From: Saprospiraceae bacterium
GTDB taxonomy: Bacteria > Bacteroidota > Bacteroidia > Chitinophagales > Saprospiraceae
Reading direction: 5' to 3'
Length of the DNA: 64,000 nucleotides
NCBI GenBank assembly: GCA_045106765.1
Contig: JBGCFD010000046.1
Location: 18,729 to 82,728 of the forward strand
Shown: positions 28,983 to 39,485 of the stretch, in pieces
Layout: the number at the start of each line of letters is the position of its first letter
How positions within the stretch are numbered: position 1 is the first letter of the stretch
Notes under the pieces: generated by a model
Databases searched by the model: none
The model's input: the letters and a program-made list of their open reading frames with translations, nothing else
Told to the model about the DNA's origin: nothing
Program-made: the position numbers and the translations under genes

Positions 28983-29137
28983 AGATATCTTAAATCGGGG
29001 GAAAAATTTTCAATAAATATTATGGGGGAAAACTAATATGGGAAGAAAACATAATGGGGAATGTTTCTAGGATTGCTAAAAATATGCCAATCTTTATTTT
29101 CTTGACTAAACTATTAAGTTCTTAGGAGGGATTATTT

Positions 29138-29854
29138 TTAATAAATGTCAAATAAATTGGCAATGCCCATTGGTCGTGCAACATTAAATCCTTCTGCAAA
29201 ATCTACACCAATTATTCTTCCGTAGACACTACTTTTGGCTTTTACTGAATCTAAAAAACCTTTATTAGATATAGGAGAATCTAATTCCTTGGATTTCGGA
29301 TTAAAAAATTGGGATTTAAAACAAAGTACTAAATCCAACTTTTTGTCCATATATGGTGATATATCTACCACAAAATCAGGATGAAGTGTATGATCTTGGA
29401 TATAATGATAAACTGCCTTTGGTCTCCATCGCTCTTGTAATTTCTTTTTATCATAAGTTTTAACTTTGGCAAGTCCTGCAATAAAGCAAGCATCTGAAGT
29501 CAATTTTGCAGCACGTGCATGATCAGGGTGTCGATCAGATAAAGCATTGGCCAAAACTATATCAGGTTGATATTTTCGAATAACCTGAGCTATTTTTTTT
29601 AGGTTTACTTCTGTATGTTGAAAAAAACCATCTTTCATTTTAACATTCTCACGAACTGAAGCACCCATCATTTTTCTAGCAGCTTCCGCCTCTTTGACTC
29701 TCAATGGACCAGAACCACGTGTGCCTAATTCTCCTCTAGTCAAATCTAAGATTCCAACTTTTTTACCCATTTCAATATGCTTGAGTAAAGTTCCTGCACA
29801 ACCTAATTCTACATCATCAGGATGGACACCAATTGCTAGAATATCTAATTTCAT
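29138..29854 (-). CDS. bshB1: PIG-L/LmbE-family deacetylase, BshB1-like (bacillithiol biosynthesis)
   Basis: MKLDILAIGVHPDDVELGCAGT...DLTRGELGTRG...DRHPDH matches the BshB1 pattern. Confidence 0.8.
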   Translation of the reverse strand: MKLDILAIGVHPDDVELGCAGTLLKHIEMGKKVGILDLTRGELGTRGSGPLRVKEAEAARKMMGASVRENVKMKDGFFQHTEVNLKKIAQVIRKYQPDIVLANALSDRHPDHARAAKLTSDACFIAGLAKVKTYDKKKLQERWRPKAVYHYIQDHTLHPDFVVDISPYMDKKLDLVLCFKSQFFNPKSKELDSPISNKGFLDSVKAKSSVYGRIIGVDFAEGFNVARPMGIANLFDIY

Positions 29855-29925
29855 AATGAAAGTTTTATATTTTGAACAAATCTACACTTTTCTTTTTTTC
29901 TACGAAAAAAGATTAATTGGTGGAA

Positions 29926-29968
29926 TAAAAAAAAGCTACTAATTATATCTTCATTAGTAGCTCTTTTT
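29926..29968 (-). terminator. Terminator downstream of the glutathione peroxidase gene
   Basis: agctactaat / attagtagct stem flanked by an A-run and a T-run. Confidence 0.65.
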
Positions 29969-29979
29969 TCCTCATAAAA

Positions 29980-30477
29980 TTAATCTTCTAATATTTTCTT
30001 TATTGATCTTTTTATTTTATTAGAAGTAGGATTGGTGATCGAATAATAATAATCCACTACCTTCCCTTCTTTATCTACTAAGTATTTATGAAAATTCCAT
30101 TTGGGTTTAGATGATACTTTTCCATTTAATTTTTTATCAGAAAGAAATTTATATAATGGACTCGCATCTTTTCCTTTGACCACCGTTTTTTCAAAAATCG
30201 GATATTGTGCATTATACTTTGTCATGCAAAATTGCTGAATCGCCTCTCCATCTAAAGGTTCCTGTCCTGCAAAATCATTGGATGGAAATGCCAAAACCTC
30301 AAAACCGTCTTTCTTAAATTCTTCATACAGTTTTTCCATATCATCTAATTGTGGGGTAAACCCACATTGAGAAGCCGTATTGACAATCAGCAATGCCTTA
30401 CCTTTATAATCACCTAATGACACTTCTTTACCCGAAGCATCTTTTACTGTAAACTGATGAATGCTATTCTTATCCAT
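29980..30477 (-). CDS. Glutathione peroxidase family protein
   Basis: Motifs LIVNTASQCGFT, FPSNDFAGQEP and KWNFHKYLVD. Confidence 0.9.
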   Translation of the reverse strand: MDKNSIHQFTVKDASGKEVSLGDYKGKALLIVNTASQCGFTPQLDDMEKLYEEFKKDGFEVLAFPSNDFAGQEPLDGEAIQQFCMTKYNAQYPIFEKTVVKGKDASPLYKFLSDKKLNGKVSSKPKWNFHKYLVDKEGKVVDYYYSITNPTSNKIKRSIKKILED

Positions 30478-30672
30478 TTCTTTTTTGTTTGACTTATTAT
30501 CTAATTAAAAATTGGAAGTTAACTCAAACTTCCAAAAGGGTAACCTCATAAGCTTGCTTTTGTTTACACTTATTGCTAATGTTTTTTTTGAAAAATAAAC
30601 TACGGCATATTTATTGATTCTTCAAAAGTTGTTTTAAACTATTCTATCAAAATTAGACTTTAACAATACAGC

Positions 30673-31107
30673 ATGAATTTATTACAAAAATTCGTTTTTT
30701 CTAGTTTTATCATTTTGGGGATGACCTTTAGCAATCATTCTTTTGCTCAAGTTCGGACAATTTCCAAAAGTGAAATTACGACTCCCAAAGTAGAATTTAC
30801 ACCTAAGGATATTGAAAAAATAAAAACGCTTTTGGAGCACCATTTCAAAACTCGAATTAGCGATACTGAAATGGCAATGTATGGAAAAGCATCTGATGAA
30901 AATTTAGAGTTATATAAATTATTAGATAAAACCAGAAAGGATGATCCTTTTTTCAGTCAACCACATATCTCCTTTATAATAGATTCTATGGAGGAACGAT
31001 TAGGAAAGAGAAAGCCTACAGCAAAATCGAAACTCGAAACACCTTCAAAAAATAGGAGAAATCCAAAAGTTTCGAAGTTACCAAAAAATAAAAGCGATAA
31101 ATATTAA
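30673..31107 (+). CDS. Secreted hypothetical protein with a Lys-rich tail
   Basis: Signal peptide ...NHSFAQ. No recognisable family. Confidence 0.55.
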   Translation: MNLLQKFVFSSFIILGMTFSNHSFAQVRTISKSEITTPKVEFTPKDIEKIKTLLEHHFKTRISDTEMAMYGKASDENLELYKLLDKTRKDDPFFSQPHISFIIDSMEERLGKRKPTAKSKLETPSKNRRNPKVSKLPKNKSDKY

Positions 31108-31123
31108 TCACTTTTTTTAAAAG

Positions 31124-31168
31124 AAAAAAACCTCTACTGAATGTAATCTTTTCAGTAGAGGTTTTTTT
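31124..31168 (+). terminator. Rho-independent terminator
   Basis: cctctactgaa / ttcagtagagg stem followed by a run of seven T. Confidence 0.75.
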
Positions 31169-31383
31169 ATGTAAATAATCAATGTATCATCTTCCAACCA
31201 ATATCTTCTTTTTTCGTAAAAAAGTTTCTTATTTGTTTTAAAATCAATTCCTTTATCTTTCAAGAAAATTGGAAGAATTAATATCTTTAGATATTTAAAA
31301 CACATCTTATCTTAAGATCTTCACTATCAACTATTTACAAATATTGTTCATCTTTATTTAATGAACAATCGAATCTTTCTTTT

Positions 31384-34300
31384 ATGAAAAATTTTAAACT
31401 CCTAGCGATAATACAGTTTTGTTTTATAATCTCCTTTTCTTTTCTAATGTCCTGTGGAGGTGATACAAAACCTGCAACTACACCTTCATCGACTGTAAAA
31501 AATACACCAACTCAACAATTGAAAAAGAGATTTGAATTAATTGCTCCACAAGCAAGTGGCGTTACTTTTTCCAATGCTATCAAGGAAGATTATAATCATA
31601 ATATTCTCACTTTTGAATATTTATATAATGGTGGTGGAGTGGCCGTTGGGGATCTAAATAATGATGGATTACCTGATATTTATTTTTCAGGAACTATCGT
31701 TTCTAACAAATTATATCTGAATAAAGGTGATATGAAATTTGAAGATATTACTACCCCAGCAGGTGTTGCTGCTACAGATGGTTTTAAAACTGGAGTGACG
31801 ATGGCAGATGTTAATAATGATGGTTGGCTAGATATTTTCGTCTGTCGAACGAGTAAATCTGATGATGGGAAAAAAGATAATTTACTTTTTATCAATAATA
31901 AAAATTTGACTTTTACGGAAAGTGCAAAGCAGTTTGGATTAAATGATAATAGTAATACAAATCACGCTAATTTTTTCGATTATGATAATGATGGTGATTT
32001 GGATTTATATCTATTAAATCACAGGTTGAATTTTAAAGATGCAGTCAAAATGGATTTGCAATCCAATCCTGATGGTTCCACTACGCGAAGAAAAGAACCA
32101 AAAACAACATTCGAGTCAGACCGACTTTACAAAAATAATAATGGAAAATTCACCAATGTAACCAAAGCTGCTGGCATTGAAAATTCATCTTTTGGATTGA
32201 GTGCAACTGTGGCAGATTTGAATCAAGATGGCTATATGGATATTTATGTGGCTAACGATTATATCGAACCTGATTATGTTTATATCAATAATCGAAATGG
32301 AACTTTTACTGATAAATATGACTCCTTCATTCGTCATTCTAGCCAAAATTCGATGGGCTGTGATATCGCTGATTTTAATAATGATGGACTCTTGGATATT
32401 ATGGTAATGGATATGATTGCTGAAGATCCGATTCGATATAAACAGTTGATGAATGTGATGCGAAAAGATCGATATAATGCATTGGTGCAATATGAATATG
32501 GTCATCAGGCTGGTAGAAATGTTTTGCAAGTCAACAATGGAAATAACACTTTTAGTGAAACAGGGCAGCTTTCCGGTGTGTCGAATACCGACTGGAGTTG
32601 GGGAGCATTATTTGCTGATTTTGATAATGATGGATGGAAAGATATTTATATCGGCAATGGTTATAAAAGAGATGTAACAGACTTGGATTATATGAATTAC
32701 ACCCGTGACTCTATTGTGAAATCGGGGGGAATTACTAACCGTAGATTTCCAGATGTCAACACTTATCTCAATATGATTCCTAATAAAAAATTGATCAATT
32801 ATGCTTACAAAAACAATCGGGATTTAACTTTTACCAACGCGACGCAAGATTGGGGAATTACGCAAGCTTCTTTTTCTAATGGAACAGCTTATGCAGATCT
32901 AGATGCAGATGGTGATTTGGACTTGATCGTTAACAATATTGATGATCCAGCTTTCATTTACAAAAACCTTACAACTAACTCTAACTACCTGCAAATCAAC
33001 CTTTTAGGTAGTAATAAAAACACTCAAGCGATTGGAACTAAAGTCAAAATCCATACAGGAAAAGAAATTCAATTTTTGGAAAAAACTACCAACCGGGGCT
33101 TCTTTTCTGGAAGTGAACCTCTGCTACATTTTGGATTAGGAAATCATTCAACTATTGACAAAATTGAAGTCACTTGGATGGATGGAAAAACCCATGTCAT
33201 TGAAAACATTCCTGCTAATCAACGGCTTACTTTAAAACATGTTGAAGCAAATCAAAAACCTATTTCTAAAACGAAACCTACTCCAATTTTTGCAGAAAAA
33301 AGTAGTACTCATAACATTACTTTTACGCACAAAGAAAATGTCTTTGACGACTTCAATCGAGAACGATTGCTTCCTCATAAATTATCCAACTTAGGACCTC
33401 ATATTTCTAAAGGTGATGTGAATGGAGATGGTTTGGAAGACTTTTTTATTGGTGGTGCTTCGAATAGTTCGGGAGCACTTTTTGTGCAAAATAAAAATGG
33501 AAATTTTCAAAACCAATCAAACACAACGTGGGAAGCAGACAAAATTCATGAGGATATGGAAAGTGTTTTCTTTGATGCAGAAGGTGATGGTGATTTGGAT
33601 TTGTATGTCGTGAGTGGTGGCAATGCAAGTAGTGCAAATTCTACTAATTACCAAGATCGATTATATCTAAATGATGGTGCAGGAAATTTCTCAAAAGGTA
33701 CACTTCCAAAATCTAATTCAAGTTCTGCCTGTGTTGCCACTTTCGATTATGATGCAGATGGTGACCTTGATATTTTTGTTGGAGGACGAACTGTTCCAGG
33801 TAAATATCCGACTCCTCCTCAAAGTTTAATTTTGAGAAACGACCAAGGCACCTTTTCTAATGTAACTAAATCTGTCGCACCTGATTTTGAAAAAATAGGA
33901 ATGGTAACTGATTTAAAAATGGCAGATTTAGATCAAGATGGAAAAGAGGAAATGATTGTTTTAGGGGAATGGATGCCGATTTCAATTTTTAGTTTTGATG
34001 GAAAAAAATTCAATAATGTTACTTCGAAATTTGGCTTGCAAAATACTACTGGTTGGTGGAATTGTTTCGCATTAGAAGACTTTGATAAAGATGGTGACAT
34101 GGATATTATCGCTGGTAATTTAGGAGAAAATTCTCGAATCAAAGCTTCTGATAATCAGCCAGTTAAAATTTATGCAAATGATTTTGATGGCAACGGAAGT
34201 TTAGATGCAGTTATGACTTTTGGTTATCAAGGAAAACAATATCCTTATGCTGGTAGAGATCATTTGATATTGCAATTGCCAGGCATCAAACGAAATTTCA

Positions 34301-34773
34301 ATCGATATAATCAATATGCTAAATCTGACATCACCTCTATTTTCCCAAAAGAAAAATTAGCGAATGCTCAAGTGTTGGAAGCTCGAATGATGTCCTCTGT
34401 TTTATTAAAAAATGAAGGTGAAAAATTTTCTATAACAACACTTTTACGGGAATCTCAAATTGCTCCAATTCATGAAATTTTAACTTCAGATTTTAATGGC
34501 GATGGAAATATGGATGCTTTGATGGTTGGAAATAATGATGGCGCAGAAACAGAATCAGGGGTTTATGATGCGAGCAATGGAACGCTTTTATTAGGTGATG
34601 GAAATGGTGGTTTTAGTTTTTCTCCAAATAAAAAACATGGTTTGTGGGCGAGTGATCAGGCAAGAGATGCGGTTGAAATCAAATTGGCAAATGGAAAAAC
34701 AATGATTTTGATTGCTAATAATAGTGGGAAATTACAGGCTTATATTCAGGAGGGAAAAAATATTCCTCTTTAA
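31384..34773 (+). CDS. CRTAC1/ASPIC-UnbV family lipoprotein with FG-GAP/VCBS repeats
   Basis: Lipobox LMSC, many D.N.DG..D(I/L) calcium-type FG-GAP repeats, and a central UnbV_ASPIC-like segment (GTKVKIHTGKEIQFLE...GSEPLLHFGLG). Confidence 0.88.
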   Translation: MKNFKLLAIIQFCFIISFSFLMSCGGDTKPATTPSSTVKNTPTQQLKKRFELIAPQASGVTFSNAIKEDYNHNILTFEYLYNGGGVAVGDLNNDGLPDIYFSGTIVSNKLYLNKGDMKFEDITTPAGVAATDGFKTGVTMADVNNDGWLDIFVCRTSKSDDGKKDNLLFINNKNLTFTESAKQFGLNDNSNTNHANFFDYDNDGDLDLYLLNHRLNFKDAVKMDLQSNPDGSTTRRKEPKTTFESDRLYKNNNGKFTNVTKAAGIENSSFGLSATVADLNQDGYMDIYVANDYIEPDYVYINNRNGTFTDKYDSFIRHSSQNSMGCDIADFNNDGLLDIMVMDMIAEDPIRYKQLMNVMRKDRYNALVQYEYGHQAGRNVLQVNNGNNTFSETGQLSGVSNTDWSWGALFADFDNDGWKDIYIGNGYKRDVTDLDYMNYTRDSIVKSGGITNRRFPDVNTYLNMIPNKKLINYAYKNNRDLTFTNATQDWGITQASFSNGTAYADLDADGDLDLIVNNIDDPAFIYKNLTTNSNYLQINLLGSNKNTQAIGTKVKIHTGKEIQFLEKTTNRGFFSGSEPLLHFGLGNHSTIDKIEVTWMDGKTHVIENIPANQRLTLKHVEANQKPISKTKPTPIFAEKSSTHNITFTHKENVFDDFNRERLLPHKLSNLGPHISKGDVNGDGLEDFFIGGASNSSGALFVQNKNGNFQNQSNTTWEADKIHEDMESVFFDAEGDGDLDLYVVSGGNASSANSTNYQDRLYLNDGAGNFSKGTLPKSNSSSACVATFDYDADGDLDIFVGGRTVPGKYPTPPQSLILRNDQGTFSNVTKSVAPDFEKIGMVTDLKMADLDQDGKEEMIVLGEWMPISIFSFDGKKFNNVTSKFGLQNTTGWWNCFALEDFDKDGDMDIIAGNLGENSRIKASDNQPVKIYANDFDGNGSLDAVMTFGYQGKQYPYAGRDHLILQLPGIKRNFNRYNQYAKSDITSIFPKEKLANAQVLEARMMSSVLLKNEGEKFSITTLLRESQIAPIHEILTSDFNGDGNMDALMVGNNDGAETESGVYDASNGTLLLGDGNGGFSFSPNKKHGLWASDQARDAVEIKLANGKTMILIANNSGKLQAYIQEGKNIPL

Positions 34774-34800
34774 AAAACTGAATTTTAAATTTGAAAGATC

Positions 34801-34837
34801 AGGGCAGATAGCTTTTAAAGTGCTATCTGCCCTTTTA
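34801..34837 (+). terminator. Rho-independent terminator
   Basis: agggcagatagc / gctatctgccct stem followed by tttt. Confidence 0.7.
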
Positions 34838-34912
34838 TAATTTTAAGAAACTTTTTCCAAAAAAATATTGTAAAAGAATATTCAATATTACCAACAATCC
34901 AAATTCAAAAAA

Positions 34913-35422
34913 ATGCTTTTCCAAACTTCCCGGCTATTAGTTCGACCACTCACTTTCGAAGATTTCGAACCTTTTCATGAAATGCAAAGCAACCTCAAAG
35001 TCATGCAATATGCATCAGGCAAAGCACAAACACTCGAAGAAAACAAAGCTGACTTAAAAAAAGTAATTAATCATTATCAAGAAGTAAACAACGGTTTTTG
35101 GATTTGGGCAATGGAACGAAAATCTGATCAAGCTCTAATTGGTACAGTTGCCATAATTGTTGATAAAAAAAAGGAAGGAGAAATTGGTTATCGACTTTTA
35201 GAGAAACATTGGGGGAATGGATATGCGACTGAAATTTTGAAGGATTTGATTAATTATGGTTTTGAAAAAATGCAATTAAAAGCAATTCATGCTAACGTCG
35301 ATGTGAGAAATATTGCTTCAATCAAGATGTTGGATAAATCAGTTTTGGAATTTATTGGGAAAGAATGGAATGAGGATTTTCAATCTTATGATCGGCTTTA
35401 TCGGTTACCAACAAACACGTAG
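34913..35422 (+). CDS. GNAT family N-acetyltransferase (RimJ/RimL-like)
   Basis: 169 aa. The pattern L.RPLT..D...F........ plus HWGNGYATE fits an acetyl-CoA binding region. Confidence 0.85.
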   Translation: MLFQTSRLLVRPLTFEDFEPFHEMQSNLKVMQYASGKAQTLEENKADLKKVINHYQEVNNGFWIWAMERKSDQALIGTVAIIVDKKKEGEIGYRLLEKHWGNGYATEILKDLINYGFEKMQLKAIHANVDVRNIASIKMLDKSVLEFIGKEWNEDFQSYDRLYRLPTNT

Positions 35423-35541
35423 CGGTCTGCTTTAGCTGACCTAGAAAAAGAGCACGGCGATATTTAATCAATCACATTTTTTATGATCGTTTTTTTCGCT
35501 TCGCTCTTTTTTTTAGGTCAGCTAAAGCAGACCGCTACGTG
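35416..35541. repeat. Palindromic intergenic element, family A, copy 1
   Basis: Arms of about 40-45 nt (cacgtagcggtctgctttagctgacctagaaaaagagc... / ...gctcttttttttaggtcagctaaagcagaccgctacgtg). It fits exactly between two convergent stop codons and overlaps the GNAT stop. Confidence 0.9.
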
Positions 35542-37281
35542 CTAGCGAATCAACGAAACATCACCTTTTAATTCCTCTACCCCATCTGTCGTTTCTATTC
35601 TTATCATATAAATCAACACATCAGTTGGATGTGGATTCCCATCAACCTCTCCATTCCAAGGTGTTTTTTCATCATGCACTAAATTTCCCCAACGATTAAA
35701 AATTTTAAAGTCGACAATTTCCACACTATTCCCTTCGATGACTGGTCCGAAAGTATCATTCAGTCCATCTCCATCTGGAGTAAAAACATTTGGCATTTGC
35801 CAGTCTCCACAAGCATCAATTACAATACTAGTCTCAGCAGTACAATCATTTTCATCAGATACAATAACTGAATATTCATCTCCATCTTCAATTGTAATAA
35901 CAGCACTCGTTTCTCCATTTGACCATTCATAACTTTCAAAATCTCCTGCATTTAGAAGTACAGGCAAATCCCCACAAAGATCAATTCCATGTGGTGTCGT
36001 TATCTCTGCGGCAATTGCCTCTGAACTATTTACCATAACTTGAAAAGCTCCTGAACATTGATTCGCGTCTTCAATGACTACGAAAAAACTCCCTGCAGCC
36101 ACATCTATAAATACATTTTCAACTTGAAAATTAACCCCATCTAAACTGTATTGAAATGGTGCTTGTCCAGCACCAGGAAAGACTTCGAGCATTCCATTTT
36201 CAAATCCGCAAGTCGTGTGATCAATCATCACTTCATCAATAACTGGATTTTGTGGAGCATCAATACTTACATTTACAATCGTTGCACAACCAACTGCATC
36301 TGTAACCGTCAAGGCATGATTTCCTTCTTCCAGATTCATTGCTTCCTCCGTCGTTTCTCCATTATCCCAAAGGTAAGAGTAGGGTTCAAATCCACCATTC
36401 ACCGCAACTGAAGCTGATCCTAGACTTCCATCACAACCTGTTGACGTTTGTGCAGCAATCACTCCAGAAATATCTGAAACATAAACCGTAACTGAACTCT
36501 CCTCTATCAAAATTGGAGAAAAAGAGATATCGTCCAATGCAAAATCATTGCCACCAACAGATACATTTTGATTGACTATACAAATCTCTACACTTGTATT
36601 ATTATCTGATTCCCACGTTTGAAAAAACTGCTCCCAAACACATGTTCCTGATGGAGCCGTAAAAATCGAACCTAACAAAGTTCCGTTAATTGAAAATTGT
36701 AATTCGGCAGGATTCCCTACTTCAACTGAAGTAATCCAAGTCGAAAATTGGTAAGTCGTATTTTCTTGAATCGCTATCGTTTGACACCAGATTTCTTGAT
36801 TCAACGTTGCTGAACCATTGACCACTAACATATTTCCAAAACCAGTAGTGTGATCATCGCAATTTGCAAAATTCGAATGTGCTAAATTGGGATTAGTAAC
36901 AACCGCATAAGTTCCTTCATCCGACAAGTCTCCCCATGTACCTCCACTCGTATTTGGACCATAAAGATATTCTGTAGTAAAACCAGAATTTCCAGCAGAA
37001 AAATCACCATTGGTAATAACTGAATTTCCTAAAATACTTCCCACAACTGTATAGGTTGTGGTCATCGGTGGAGTCACCGTTGGGTTTGCTGTACTTGGGC
37101 TAGTAATCCAAGTATTTGGAGTCCAAGTGTAAGTATCAAATATATCTCCCTCCGCTGCTAAAGCAACAGTTTCTCCTTGGCAGATAGTGTCTTGTGCTAC
37201 AGTTGCAGTTATTGAAAGTTGAGCAAAAATACTCGTAGATAGTACTAATAAAAGAAAAACTAGGAGGTTCTTTTTCATCAT
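35542..37281 (-). CDS. T9SS type B CTD protein with a CBM-like jelly-roll domain and SprB-type repeats
   Basis: Signal peptide. It contains ...GNDFALDDISF (a CBM-like end), GGFEPYSYLWDNGET (SprB repeat), and the C-terminus NVFTPDGDGLND...FNRWGNLV...GDVSLIR. Confidence 0.88.
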   Translation of the reverse strand: MMKKNLLVFLLLVLSTSIFAQLSITATVAQDTICQGETVALAAEGDIFDTYTWTPNTWITSPSTANPTVTPPMTTTYTVVGSILGNSVITNGDFSAGNSGFTTEYLYGPNTSGGTWGDLSDEGTYAVVTNPNLAHSNFANCDDHTTGFGNMLVVNGSATLNQEIWCQTIAIQENTTYQFSTWITSVEVGNPAELQFSINGTLLGSIFTAPSGTCVWEQFFQTWESDNNTSVEICIVNQNVSVGGNDFALDDISFSPILIEESSVTVYVSDISGVIAAQTSTGCDGSLGSASVAVNGGFEPYSYLWDNGETTEEAMNLEEGNHALTVTDAVGCATIVNVSIDAPQNPVIDEVMIDHTTCGFENGMLEVFPGAGQAPFQYSLDGVNFQVENVFIDVAAGSFFVVIEDANQCSGAFQVMVNSSEAIAAEITTPHGIDLCGDLPVLLNAGDFESYEWSNGETSAVITIEDGDEYSVIVSDENDCTAETSIVIDACGDWQMPNVFTPDGDGLNDTFGPVIEGNSVEIVDFKIFNRWGNLVHDEKTPWNGEVDGNPHPTDVLIYMIRIETTDGVEELKGDVSLIR

Positions 37282-37455
37282 AAAATTTTTTAAATCAAAT
37301 GTAATGTATTGAATGTGAGGGTTTTACAAAACGAAACTGTAATGATTAGGTAGGTTATTACAAAAATAACGATTCTTGTTTTCTTTTTGGAAAAAATGAG
37401 AAGTTTTATTTTAATGACCAATATTCAATAATGGAAAATATTTAACTATCCTAAA

Positions 37456-38040
37456 TTAGTTTTTATCTAATTGGTTTAATCTTTCAATGAAATTGTTACT
37501 TTGATTTTCATCTGAATTCATCAACTCCGTAAATGATTTTGAATAAAGATATTTGTTTTTTAGATCATCATACATAAAAAAAACTATCTCAAATTCATTC
37601 TCTTCTTTCGGTTGATTTGTATCAAATGTTAATAAACCAAAATCATAAAAATCTGCGAAATAAAAATATCCCTTTCGAAGAATTTCTTTTGAAAAACTGG
37701 AATCCAAATTCATTTTTTCCAATTTTTCTAATTTCGATTTAGGAAAAAAATGATGAAGTCTAATTGCTACGTCTTGTAAATGCAATTCCATAAAATATTT
37801 ATATTGCAAAAAATGCTTATACGAATTAGGTAGTTTACAATTCAACTCTTCTTCGAATTCTAATAATTCTTTATCTGTTATTTGACTTGGGATTGCTTTC
37901 CATCCAATATAATCCTCCTCTGTTTCAAGTGATAAATCTATCATCTCTTTTGGTACTTCTTCAATTATACCTGTCATGGGAAAAAATTGCTCCCTCATCT
38001 TTTGAAGAGAATCATCTACTATTTGATAAATTGATTTCAT
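37456..38040 (-). CDS. SMI1/KNR4 (SUKH-1) family protein, possible immunity protein
   Basis: ELLEFEEELNCKLPNSYKHFLQY matches the SMI1_KNR4 N-terminal signature. No signal peptide. Confidence 0.6.
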   Translation of the reverse strand: MKSIYQIVDDSLQKMREQFFPMTGIIEEVPKEMIDLSLETEEDYIGWKAIPSQITDKELLEFEEELNCKLPNSYKHFLQYKYFMELHLQDVAIRLHHFFPKSKLEKLEKMNLDSSFSKEILRKGYFYFADFYDFGLLTFDTNQPKEENEFEIVFFMYDDLKNKYLYSKSFTELMNSDENQSNNFIERLNQLDKN

Positions 38041-38162
38041 TATATTCGTTTATAGAAATTTTCCTCTCATAAATAATTCCAATAGCTAGCTTATTTATTG
38101 AACTACTCTACAGCAAGCTGACGGAGAATCAAAAAAACAGTTTCATAGATATCAAAATAGAA

Positions 38163-38230
38163 TTTCACCACATAGGCACATAGAAAACATAGGCAAAATT
38201 CTATGCTTTCTATGTGCCTATGTGGTGAAA
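38163..38230. repeat. Palindromic intergenic element, family B, copy 1
   Basis: tttcaccacataggcacatagaaaacatag / ctatgctttctatgtgcctatgtggtgaaa: 30-nt arms with one mismatch and an 8-nt loop. Confidence 0.9.
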
Positions 38231-38414
38231 AAAATCGGTGGTGGTGGGATTTTTTCACTTATAAGATATCATTGCTGCTGTTGCACTCGTTGCAAGATGC
38301 AAGCATATGAGAATTCTTTAGATTAAATTCATTTACCAAAAAAAAATGCAATTGCATAACGCTAAAGTTAATACAATTACATTTTTTTAAAATGAAGTTG
38401 TTTTATCAAAAAAA

Positions 38415-39485
38415 CTACCAACGAATCAACGCAGAGCCCCACGTAAATCCACTTCCAAATGCTGCTAAACAAACCAAATCACCTTCCTTGACAGCACCTG
38501 CTTCCCATGCTTCACACAATGCAATCGGCACAGAGGCTGCGGTAGTATTTCCATATTTTTGAATATTATTCCAAACTTGATCGTCATTTAACTTAAGTAC
38601 TTTTTGTACAAATTGACTAATCCTTAAATTCGCCTGATGAGGCACTAACATATCAATATCTGAGACTTCCAAACCAGCAGTCGTCAATGCCTCCTGAATC
38701 ACTTCTGGAAATTTTCTAACAGCTAGTTTAAATACAAATTGCCCTTCCATATTTGGATAGAGATGACCATCTTTTTGCATTTTGTCTGTTACGAAAATTC
38801 CTCCGTACTCCAAGTCTTTATCGTAACCATAATCATGTTCAATTCCCATTTTATCCAAATGATATCCTCCATGAGAACCGGGGTTGATAAAAGCTAATTT
38901 CTCTGCATATGTTCCATTCGAATGCAATTTTGTAGTTAAAATGCCTTGCCCTTCTTTTTCAGTTGGTTGCACCACAACTGCTCCTGCACCATCTCCAAAA
39001 ATAACCGTAACATTTCTTCCTTGCGTGCTATAATCCAATCCCATCGAGTGCATTTCAGCACCTACCAAAAGAACATTTTTATACATTCCAGTTTTGACAA
39101 ATTGGTCAGCGATACTCAATCCATAAATAAATCCACTACATTGATTTCGAATATCCAATGCTCCAACTTCAGTTCCCGTAATTCCTAGTTCTCGTTGCAA
39201 TAAGACACCGCAACCAGGAAAATAATAATCAGGACTTAGTGTCGCAAAAATGATAAAATCTACTTCTTCAGGTTGAATTCCAGCTCGCTCAATTGCAATT
39301 CGAGCAGCCTTAGTTCCCATCGTTGCAGTCGTTTCTTCATGTTTTTTTCCATAACGTCTTTCTTTAATTCCTGTTCGTTCTTGAATCCATTCATCACTAG
39401 TTTCCATCACTTTAGAAAGATCATCATTCGTCGTTATTTTTTCAGGAACATAACTTCCGATTCCTGCTATTTTTGAATTGAACAT
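38415..39485 (-). CDS. fabH: 3-oxoacyl-ACP synthase III (FabH family, with an insertion)
   Basis: Cys-His-Asn triad contexts (NQCSGFIYGL, PHQANLRI, YGNTTAASVP). The length of 356 aa is due to an internal insertion. Confidence 0.88.
   Translation of the reverse strand: MFNSKIAGIGSYVPEKITTNDDLSKVMETSDEWIQERTGIKERRYGKKHEETTATMGTKAARIAIERAGIQPEEVDFIIFATLSPDYYFPGCGVLLQRELGITGTEVGALDIRNQCSGFIYGLSIADQFVKTGMYKNVLLVGAEMHSMGLDYSTQGRNVTVIFGDGAGAVVVQPTEKEGQGILTTKLHSNGTYAEKLAFINPGSHGGYHLDKMGIEHDYGYDKDLEYGGIFVTDKMQKDGHLYPNMEGQFVFKLAVRKFPEVIQEALTTAGLEVSDIDMLVPHQANLRISQFVQKVLKLNDDQVWNNIQKYGNTTAASVPIALCEAWEAGAVKEGDLVCLAAFGSGFTWGSALIRW

Noticed and set aside
28420-29070. Plus-strand mini-ORFs in the peptide upstream spacers (MGRKIEWEMFLKLLKICQILFFG and MGRKHNGECF)
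   Set aside because: Their length and sequence are not conserved between the two duplicated units, so they are unlikely to be coding.
31117-31305. The 62-aa minus-strand ORF
   Set aside because: It overlaps the strong plus-strand terminator hairpin at 31124-31168, has an odd composition, and shows no signal or family features.
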